Under the pieces are notes generated by a model. That model worked only from the letters and a program-made list of their open reading frames with translations, had not been told where the DNA came from and made no database searches. A DNA stretch of 49,305 bases. It comes from Candidatus Dormibacteria bacterium (lineage in GTDB: Bacteria > Chloroflexota > Dormibacteria > DASZGP01). Each line of letters starts with the position of its first letter. Within the stretch, counting starts at the first letter, position 1. The position numbers and the translations under genes were made by a program. Location of the stretch: the NCBI GenBank assembly GCA_046262515.1, contig JBHEMP010000064.1, forward strand, positions 1-49,305. The letters run 5' to 3'. Of this stretch, positions 42,548-49,305 are shown one piece after another.

Positions 42548-43984
42548 ATGCTGCCGCCGACCACGTCGAGCTACGCCTTTACCGCTCGCTGCCGCCTGCA
42601 GAATCGACCGGGCATGCTTGGCCGGCTGACCTCCCGGATCGGCGACGCGGGCGGGGACCTGCGCGCCATTGACATCACCCGCGTGGACGCGGGCTCGATC
42701 GTACGCGACCTGACCGTCCATGCCCGGGATTCCGCGCACGCGCACCAGGTTGTCCAGTCGATGCGCTCGGTCGACGGCATCGAGGTGCTCGAATACTCCG
42801 ACCGCACCTTCCAGCTCCACGACGGCGGCAAGATCTCGGTAGTGCCCAAGAACCCGATCAAGACCCGTGACGACCTCTCCATGGCCTATACACCGGGAGT
42901 GGCCCGCGTCTGCCGCGCGATCTACGAGGACCGTAACCGGGCGCGGAGCCTGACGATCAAAAAGAACTGCATCGCCGTGGTCTCTGATGGAAGCGCCATC
43001 CTTGGCCTCGGCAACCTCGGACCGGAGGCGGCGATGCCGGTGATGGAGGGCAAGGCGATGCTCTTCAAGGAGTTCGGCGACGTCGACGCCTTTCCCATCT
43101 GCCTGAATACCCAGGACATAGACGAAATCGTGGAGACGGTCGAGCGGATCGCTCCCGCGTTTGGCGGGATCAACCTCGAGGACATTGCGGCGCCCCGGTG
43201 TTTCGCGGTCGAGGAACGGCTGATCGAGTCTCTCGACATCCCCGTGTTCCACGACGACCAGCATGGGACCGCGGTGGTCGTGATGGCCGCCCTCATCAAC
43301 GCGTTGCGAATCGTCGACAAGCAGTTCAATGAACTGCGAGTGGTTGTCTCGGGGACCGGGGCGGCCGGGGTGGCCTGCACCAAGATGATGCTGGCCGCTG
43401 GGATCACGGACATCATCGGGGTGGACCGTCACGGGTCCATATACAAAGGCCGGGAGCCACTTGATACGGGGACCAAGCGCTGGTACGCGGGACACACCAA
43501 CCCACGGGGAGTCAGGGGCAACCTGTCCGACGTGATCGAGGGTGCGGACGTCTTCCTCGGCGTCAGCGCGCCCGACGTGCTCAGCGTCAACGACGTTGCG
43601 CGGATGGCGCGGGAGCCCGTCGTCTTCGCCCTGGCAAACCCGGACCCTGAGATCCGGCCGGAACTGGTGGAGGGCATCGTCGCGGTCATGGCCACGGGGC
43701 GCTCGGATTACCCGAACCAGATAAACAACGTGCTGGCCTTCCCCGGCATCTTCCGAGGCCTGCTGGACAGCGGGGCGATCCTCGTCACCGACGCCATGAA
43801 GCTGGCCGCCGCCCAGGCCATCGCCGAGATCGTCGAGCCCGCGGAACTGGGACCTGAATACGTTGTTCCCAGTGTCTTCAACCGCGCCGTCGCGCCCGCG
43901 GTGGCGGCGGCGGTGGTGCGCGAGGCCGAGGGCAGCGGGCTTGCCCATCCCCCCATCGTCCCCGAGGACCCCCTCTACAGCTAA
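42548..43984 (+). CDS. NAD(P)-dependent malic enzyme with an N-terminal ACT domain
   Basis: ACT-like segment CRLQNRPGMLGRLTSRIGDAGGDLRAIDI. Malic enzyme motifs MAYTPGVARVC, AVVSDGSAILGLGNLGPEAAMPVMEGKAMLFKEFG, FGGINLEDIAAPRCF, DDQHGTA and GTGAAG are present. The track start at 42161 is antisense to the neighbouring gene, so I start at ATG 42548. Confidence 0.9.
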   Translation: MLPPTTSSYAFTARCRLQNRPGMLGRLTSRIGDAGGDLRAIDITRVDAGSIVRDLTVHARDSAHAHQVVQSMRSVDGIEVLEYSDRTFQLHDGGKISVVPKNPIKTRDDLSMAYTPGVARVCRAIYEDRNRARSLTIKKNCIAVVSDGSAILGLGNLGPEAAMPVMEGKAMLFKEFGDVDAFPICLNTQDIDEIVETVERIAPAFGGINLEDIAAPRCFAVEERLIESLDIPVFHDDQHGTAVVVMAALINALRIVDKQFNELRVVVSGTGAAGVACTKMMLAAGITDIIGVDRHGSIYKGREPLDTGTKRWYAGHTNPRGVRGNLSDVIEGADVFLGVSAPDVLSVNDVARMAREPVVFALANPDPEIRPELVEGIVAVMATGRSDYPNQINNVLAFPGIFRGLLDSGAILVTDAMKLAAAQAIAEIVEPAELGPEYVVPSVFNRAVAPAVAAAVVREAEGSGLAHPPIVPEDPLYS

Positions 43985-44250
43985 GCCGAGGGTCCCGTTG
44001 CGGCCCTATTGCTGGAGATTTGGTGTATCGTTTCGGGCAGGAACTCACGCGACTCTCGAACGCCGGCTCCGGCCAGGACTTCGAGTCGCTGAGTAGGGGA
44101 AGTCTCAACAACGCTCGGTAGCGGCTGCCAGCAGGGCTGACGGCGCCTCCCGGTCGAGCACCGGGATGGGCAGGTCGCATCCGGGCACACAACACACATA
44201 TCGAAAACCCGGCGGTAGAACCGCAGTTCGAAAACTCCCTTGGCTGCCTG

Positions 44251-46806
44251 GTGATCCAGGTCGACCTAGGCACCGTGCCGTGGTTGGCCGCGCTCGCCGA
44301 AAGCTCAGACGGGGACGGGCAGCGGGATGATACGGCAACGTACTCATTCCTCTCCGACTTCTTCAGTGGCGTGCCCTTTGGGCTGCTGCTCGGGAAGGCC
44401 TACGAGCTGTCACTCGTGTTCACTCCTCAGCCCGGCCGCTTCCAGGTCTTCAACTGCCACGTGGACACGCCGCCCGACGACATGCAGCTGACCAAAGCCG
44501 CGCTGCGGATCGAGAGCATGAAGCCCATAGAGATGAGCCACACCGAGTGGTTGCTGTTGCCCAAGCTGGAGGCTGGCGAGGCCAGGTTCGTCCGCCTGGG
44601 CACGGAGTTCAGCAGCCAGGTCGCAGAGTGGTACAAGCGCTACGCCGTGCCGGGCACGCCGGGGGCAGGCCTCGGCGGGGGCGATGACGTCGACACCTTT
44701 AACCCCATCGACGTCTCCAGTCGGGCGCGCGATTTCCTGGAGCAGGTCGACACCGTACTCGACGTCCTGCAGACCGCGCGGGAGAAACGCGCGCAGGACC
44801 TGCGGCGCAAGGCCACAGTCGTCGCGACGCAGCTTGACTGCCCGTACTGTCGCGCCCGCCTCGAGCCGCCGGCGCCCGCGTGCCCCAACTGCGCCAAGAC
44901 GCTGGGGCCCGCGTACCAGAACCCGCGCTCTGCGGTGGAGGTCATCCTCGAACTGGGGCCGGGACAGGCGGATCGCTTCAACTCCTTCCAGAAGCTGGAC
45001 GTGATCACACCCCTGGGCGACACGGAGGCGCCCTTTGACGTGGTTGACCGCAACCGGCTGCGGCTCTATTTCAAGCGGCCCGTGACGCTGCCGGAATCGG
45101 TCGAGGTGGCGCCGATCGAAGGTGGCGCCGTAGCCGCCGCGCAGCGCCATGCCATCGACCTGGCGCTCTCCGGGCACCCTGACCTGGCCACGGTGGTCCA
45201 GCTGGTGGCGGACCCGGAGCACATGCCCGAGCCTTCCCCCGAGCCCCTCCCCCGCGGCCTCTTCAACGAGAAGATCTATGACAACCCTGAGCAATTGGAG
45301 GCGGTGCGGCGCATCGTAGCCATGCCCCCAACGTCGCTGATGATGCTGCAGGGACCCCCGGGGACGGGCAAGACGACGGTCATCGTGGAGGCGGTCCGCC
45401 AGGTCCTTGAAGCCAATCCCCAGGCGCGGATCCTGATCTCCTCGCACTCCAACAGGGCCGTCGACGACGCCACCGAGCGGCTTCAGAAGCAGGGCATCAA
45501 GATCTTCCGCCTCAAGGCCGGCGAAGACAAGGGCCCCACGACCTGGGATCGGGCCGGTGACGAGCGCATCGTCGCCGCCACCTGCAACAAGGCGGTGGTC
45601 ACAGAGGGCCAGCGCGGCGAGCAGTACACCTACGCGTTCCTGGACGAAGCCAACAAGGCCCGCGCCGAGGAGACCATTCCCTTCATCGCGCTGGGCCAAC
45701 GAGTCGTCCTGATCGGCGACCACCACCAACTCCCCCCGGTCGTCGAGGAAGAGGACCTGTCCGGGCTTCGCCGAGGGACCCCGGAGTGGCACCTGGCGCG
45801 CAAGAGCTATTTCGAGATCCTCTGGGAATCCGAGTTGCCGGCGGTGAACAAGATCCGCCTCGAGGTCCAGCACCGCATGCACCCGGCGATTCGCCACCTC
45901 GTGAGCCAGCGCTTCTACCGCGGGTCACTGCGGGATGGGGATGCCGTCAAGCAGTACCAGCGCCTCAAGCTCTTCGGCCAGCACCGCTCGCTGGTCTGGA
46001 TCGATTCCGCCGGCGCCGACGTCCGCGAGGTGCGCACCGGCAATGGCTCGATCTACAACGTCAACCACGTCAACATCTGCCGTGCGATCGTGCGCATGCT
46101 CGGAGAGCGCACCGACCCGGCGCTGAACATCGCCCTGATCGGCATGTACCGCGAGCAGGTCAGGCGCTATGGCAGCCCTCGGCAATGGACGGGGCGCGAT
46201 TTCCGCGCGGACACGGTGGATGCTTTCGAGGGCGCCGAGGCCGACATCGTCATCGTCGACCTGGTCCGCAGCAATCCGCGCGGCATGGTCGGCTTCCTGG
46301 AAGTACACAATCGCATCAACGTCGCGATGTCGCGCGCCAAGCGCCTGCTGATCGTCGTCGGCGACTCCCAGACCGTGCGCAGCAACCGCGTCCTGCGCCA
46401 GGTCTTCGAAGGCTTTCGGCGCTCAGGGGCGGTGATTCCCTGGCACCGACTGCCCGGTGTTGCCGGGGGAGCCAAACAGCAGCGCCGGCGCCGTGGTCGG
46501 GCGCGCAACCCGCAGGTCGCGCAGCCCCGGCAGGCCGGGCCGGAGATGCAGGTCCCACACGTGCTCGGGGGCGAGCCGGCCGAAGGCCAGCCGGCCCCGA
46601 CCGAGAACGCGCCCCGGCGCCTGCCACGGCCGCGCCCCTGGAGCCCGGGCGACCCCGTCGCGGCCGAGGGCACCGGGAGCGACGCGGACCAGGCAAGACG
46701 CCGCCGTCACCGGCGCCGGCGCCGGCGTCCACGCCAGCCGTCCGACGGCGGTCCTCCCGGCGCGTCCGACGCCACGCCCCCCGCACCTCCAGACGCGGGC
46801 GAGTAG
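44251..46806 (+). CDS. Upf1-like (DNA2/NAM7) superfamily 1B helicase with an uncharacterised N-terminal region of about 330 aa containing a zinc ribbon, and an Arg-rich C-terminal tail
   Basis: Helicase motifs: I LQGPPGTGKTT, Ia ILISSHSNRAVD, II FLDEANKA, III VVLIGDHHQLPPV, IV LEVQHRMHPAI, V TVDAFEGAEADIVIVDLVRSN, VI HNRINVAMSRAKRLLIVVGD. The zinc ribbon is CPYC-x11-CPNC (44839-44892). The tail contains RRRRHRRRRRRPR. The exact start within 44251-44290 is uncertain. Confidence 0.85.
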   Translation: MIQVDLGTVPWLAALAESSDGDGQRDDTATYSFLSDFFSGVPFGLLLGKAYELSLVFTPQPGRFQVFNCHVDTPPDDMQLTKAALRIESMKPIEMSHTEWLLLPKLEAGEARFVRLGTEFSSQVAEWYKRYAVPGTPGAGLGGGDDVDTFNPIDVSSRARDFLEQVDTVLDVLQTAREKRAQDLRRKATVVATQLDCPYCRARLEPPAPACPNCAKTLGPAYQNPRSAVEVILELGPGQADRFNSFQKLDVITPLGDTEAPFDVVDRNRLRLYFKRPVTLPESVEVAPIEGGAVAAAQRHAIDLALSGHPDLATVVQLVADPEHMPEPSPEPLPRGLFNEKIYDNPEQLEAVRRIVAMPPTSLMMLQGPPGTGKTTVIVEAVRQVLEANPQARILISSHSNRAVDDATERLQKQGIKIFRLKAGEDKGPTTWDRAGDERIVAATCNKAVVTEGQRGEQYTYAFLDEANKARAEETIPFIALGQRVVLIGDHHQLPPVVEEEDLSGLRRGTPEWHLARKSYFEILWESELPAVNKIRLEVQHRMHPAIRHLVSQRFYRGSLRDGDAVKQYQRLKLFGQHRSLVWIDSAGADVREVRTGNGSIYNVNHVNICRAIVRMLGERTDPALNIALIGMYREQVRRYGSPRQWTGRDFRADTVDAFEGAEADIVIVDLVRSNPRGMVGFLEVHNRINVAMSRAKRLLIVVGDSQTVRSNRVLRQVFEGFRRSGAVIPWHRLPGVAGGAKQQRRRRGRARNPQVAQPRQAGPEMQVPHVLGGEPAEGQPAPTENAPRRLPRPRPWSPGDPVAAEGTGSDADQARRRRHRRRRRRPRQPSDGGPPGASDATPPAPPDAGE

Positions 46807-46857
46807 ACCGTTTGTGACCGACGCGACGGTGCCGCCGGGCACGTAGACTGCCTACCC

Positions 46858-47652
46858 ATGCCTGACGCCCCCACCCTCGAAAACGTCCTTTTGGCAACCC
46901 GAGGCCACTGCGCGACCATCACTCTGAATCGCCCCGACCAGCGCAACCCCCTCGGGGGCGGCATGCTGCGCGACCTCCTCGCCGCGTTCACCTGGGCCCG
47001 TGACGAGCCTGGGGTTCGAGTGGTCGTGCTGACCGGCGCCGGCGACAAGGCCTTCTGCGCCGGCGCGGATTTGAGTTCTTTCAACCCTGACGAGAACGAG
47101 GTGGAGCGCCACCTCGGGCGCCACCTCTTCGTGGACCTCTTCGTGCTGATGCAGGAGCTTGGTAAGCCCATCGTGGGCCGGATCAACGGCCATGCCCTCG
47201 CGGGCGGGCTCGGCCTCGCCAGCAGCTGCGACATCCTGGTTGCGTCTGACAATGCAACGTTCGGCACGCCGGAGATCAACGTTGGCGTGTGGGCGATGAT
47301 GATCCAGGCGGTCCTGGCTCGCAACCTCGGCCGGAAGACCCTCCTGGAGATGCTGCTCCTGGGCGACCGCGTGACCGCGGAGCGGGCGCGTGAGATCGGG
47401 TTGGTCAGCCGTGTCGTTTCCCTGGCGGAGCTGGACGCCGCCGTGGATGCCGTCACGGCACGCCTGGAGAAGAAGTCGCCCATCGTGATGCGGCTGGGTC
47501 GGGACTCTTTTTACCGCACGCAGGACATGGGATTCCGCGAGGCACTGGAATACCTCCAGTCCCAGCTCTCCATCGTCACCCTAACGGAGGACACCAGGGA
47601 GGGTGTGATGGCCTTCTTCGAGAAGCGCGAGCCCGAGTTCAAGGGCCGATGA
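46858..47652 (+). CDS. Enoyl-CoA hydratase/isomerase (crotonase) family protein
   Basis: The segment ITLNRPDQRNPL…VVVLTGAGDKAFCAGADL…GRINGHALAGGLGLASSCDILVAS…FGTPEINVGV…EGVMAFFEKREPEF is the crotonase pattern. Confidence 0.9.
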   Translation: MPDAPTLENVLLATRGHCATITLNRPDQRNPLGGGMLRDLLAAFTWARDEPGVRVVVLTGAGDKAFCAGADLSSFNPDENEVERHLGRHLFVDLFVLMQELGKPIVGRINGHALAGGLGLASSCDILVASDNATFGTPEINVGVWAMMIQAVLARNLGRKTLLEMLLLGDRVTAERAREIGLVSRVVSLAELDAAVDAVTARLEKKSPIVMRLGRDSFYRTQDMGFREALEYLQSQLSIVTLTEDTREGVMAFFEKREPEFKGR

Positions 47653-48572
47653 CAGCGGTTCGGTTCACCGAGGTGGGGCCGCGGGATGGTTTCCAGAACT
47701 GGCCCAACCCGGTTCCGACCGCGACCAAGGTGCGCCTTGTCCAGGCGGCGCTGGCGGCGGGTGTGCAGCGAGTCGAGGCCACCGCCATGGTCAGCCCGAA
47801 ATGGGTTCCCCAGATGGCGGACGCCGAGGAAGTTCTCAGCGCCCTGACATCCGATGAGATGGAGCGGGTCCGCGTGCTGGTCCCCAACGTGCGAGGGTTT
47901 GAGCGGGCGAGCGCGGCAGGCGCGCAGAACGTGCTGGTAAACGTCGGCGTCACCGATGGTTTCAACCGCAAGAACCTCAACCGCAGCGTGCTGGAGACGC
48001 TTGACGACATCGAGGCTGTGATCGCGGCCGCCGATGAGGCCGACGTGCGCGTGGACGCGTCCGTCAGCGTCGCCTGGGGGTGTCCGTACGACGGCCCGGT
48101 GTCCGTTGACCAGGCCATCGAGATGGGAATGCGGCTCGCAGAAATGGGAGTCGCGGAGGTCTCCTTCGGGGACACCATCGGCGTCGCCATGCCCAGCGCC
48201 GTCGGAACGCTTGCCACCTTCGCACTCGACCGGCTGGCCGGGGTTGAGGTGTCGATGCACTTCCATGACACCCGCGGCATGGGCGCCGCCAACGTCTACA
48301 GCGCGCTGGAAAACGGGATCGAGATGTTCGAGGGCTCCATCGGCGGCATAGGCGGCTGCCCATTCGCGCCGCGGTCGACGGGCAACGTGTGCAGCGAGGA
48401 CATTCTCTTCATGATCGCGGAGGCGGGCTACGAAACCACCGCGGACGTCTGGGCGCTATGCGCCGCCGCCACCGAGCTCTCGGAATCCCTGGGCAGCGAA
48501 TTGCCGGGCAAGCTGCACCGCGCCGGGCCCCCGCCGTGGTTTGACGCCACGCGCTTGGTAGGGCCGTCATGA
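47649..48572 (+). CDS. Hydroxymethylglutaryl-CoA lyase
   Basis: The segments VRFTEVGPRDGFQN, FGDTIGVAMP, HFHDTRGMGAANVYSALENGIEMFEGSIGGIGGCPFAP and GNVCSEDILFM are present. ATGA overlaps at both ends. Confidence 0.9.
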   Translation: MTAVRFTEVGPRDGFQNWPNPVPTATKVRLVQAALAAGVQRVEATAMVSPKWVPQMADAEEVLSALTSDEMERVRVLVPNVRGFERASAAGAQNVLVNVGVTDGFNRKNLNRSVLETLDDIEAVIAAADEADVRVDASVSVAWGCPYDGPVSVDQAIEMGMRLAEMGVAEVSFGDTIGVAMPSAVGTLATFALDRLAGVEVSMHFHDTRGMGAANVYSALENGIEMFEGSIGGIGGCPFAPRSTGNVCSEDILFMIAEAGYETTADVWALCAAATELSESLGSELPGKLHRAGPPPWFDATRLVGPS

Positions 48573-49305
48573 GCGAGCCCGAAGGCATGCTCGAGCGTCA
48601 CCGCCGCCTCCGTGACCGCGCCACCGCCGGGGGCCAGCGCCACCGCGAGAGGCTCGCTGAGCAGAACAAGCTCCCAGTGCGAGAGCGACTCCGCCTGCTG
48701 CTGGACAAGGGTTCCTTCGTTGAGGACGGGCTGTTCGCCAACACCAACGCGGACGACCTGCCCGCCGACGGAGTGGTCACGGGTGTGGGCCGCATCGGCG
48801 ACCGCCCGGTGTGCATCATGGCCAACGACCCCACCGTCAAGGCCGGGTCCTGGGGAGCTCGCACCGTCGAGAAGATCCTTCGGATCCAGGAGACCGCGCA
48901 GCGGCTGCTGGTCCCGCTGATCTACCTGGTCGACAGCGCCGGCGCCCGGATAACGGACCAGGTGGACATGTTCCCCGGGCGCCGGCACGCGGGTCGGATT
49001 TTCCATAACGAGGTCCGACTGTCGGGCCAGGTCCCCCAGCTGTGCCTGCTGTTCGGGCCGTCAGCCGCGGGAGGCGCATACATCCCGGCCTTCTGCGACG
49101 TGGTCGTGATGGTCGAGGGCAACGCCAGCATGTACCTCGGCTCGCCGCGCATGGCGGAGGTCGTCGTGGGCGAAAAGGTGACCCTGGAGGAGATGGGTGG
49201 GGCCCGCATGCACTGCACTGTGAGTGGGTGTGGCGACTTCCTGGTCAAGAGCGACGAGGAGGCCATCGACCTCGCGCGACGCTACATCTCCTACCTGCCC
49301 CAGAG
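48569..49305 (+). CDS. Acyl-CoA carboxylase carboxyltransferase (beta) subunit, methylcrotonyl/propionyl-CoA type, 5' part (runs off the window)
   Basis: My own translation reads MSEPEGMLERHRRL…KLPVRERLRLLLDKGSFVE…GVVTGVGRIGDRPVCIMANDPTVKAGSWG…PLIYLVDSAGARI…GPSAAGGAYIPAFCD. The ORF is open to the window end, so it is absent from the track. Confidence 0.9.
   Translation, partial: MSEPEGMLERHRRLRDRATAGGQRHRERLAEQNKLPVRERLRLLLDKGSFVEDGLFANTNADDLPADGVVTGVGRIGDRPVCIMANDPTVKAGSWGARTVEKILRIQETAQRLLVPLIYLVDSAGARITDQVDMFPGRRHAGRIFHNEVRLSGQVPQLCLLFGPSAAGGAYIPAFCDVVVMVEGNASMYLGSPRMAEVVVGEKVTLEEMGGARMHCTVSGCGDFLVKSDEEAIDLARRYISYLPQ

Noticed and set aside
44410-45897. 495-aa minus-strand ORF opposite the helicase. 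The same applies to 42488-43948 (486 aa) opposite malic enzyme, 9326-10744 (472 aa), 9339-10406, 6466-7689, 38136-39412 and 16255-16845.
   Set aside because: All are antisense or out of frame relative to genes with clear family motifs. They are rich in Arg, Gly, Pro and Ala, lack any recognisable motif, and have no sensible start context.
46858-49305. The enoyl-CoA hydratase, HMG-CoA lyase and carboxyltransferase run as something unusual
   Set aside because: This is the ordinary leucine/isovalerate catabolic (Liu/MCC-type) gene arrangement with normal ATGA coupling. Nothing is anomalous in the sequence.

Overview
This is a 49.3 kb, very GC-rich bacterial chromosomal segment. Hand counts of sample 60-nt lines give about 80% G+C in core genes. 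The gene content (DinB, F420/PPOX-type protein, MoxR/DUF58/VWA, SbcCD-like pair) would fit an Actinomycetota- or Chloroflexota-like organism. No rRNA is present, so taxonomy cannot be fixed. I can support about 45 protein genes, one tRNA-Leu(UAG) and no CRISPR array. Many long ORFs in the track are antisense artefacts of the high GC content.

Layout:
- 0-11 kb holds envelope and housekeeping genes: a RecB-like nuclease fragment, a coiled-coil protein, DedA, PAP2, RsgA, tRNA-Leu, EamA, a MacB-type ABC pair, DinB, DUF2332, an alpha/beta hydrolase, and an SRPBCC protein with a Lys/Ala/Pro tail.
- 11.6-24.4 kb is one tightly coupled 8-gene cluster. It joins a GldAFG-like ABC-2 exporter to a MoxR-DUF58-BatA-VWA module and a (Gly-Gln)19 repeat protein.
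- 24.45-31.8 kb is a composite accessory patch. It contains a low-GC island (47-53% G+C in sampled lines) encoding a secreted 8-Cys protein plus a one-ATPase, two-permease ABC transporter. Next to it lie a decayed relaxosome remnant (RHH protein and a frameshifted, 5'-truncated relaxase helicase domain) and an AbiEi/AbiEii-like toxin-antitoxin pair.
- 31.8-49.3 kb is core metabolism: S9 peptidase, acyl-CoA dehydrogenase, PPOX, M24 peptidase, 3-hydroxyisobutyrate-type dehydrogenase, ACT-malic enzyme, and an enoyl-CoA hydratase / HMG-CoA lyase / carboxyltransferase run. It is interrupted by a membrane-spanning SbcC/SbcD-like pair and an orphan Upf1-like SF1 helicase with a zinc ribbon and a poly-Arg tail.

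The best candidates for an undescribed system are the 13 kb ABC/MoxR/VWA cluster, the low-GC secreted-protein/ABC island, and the orphan helicase. All functional calls come from motif recognition by eye, and none has been checked against a database.
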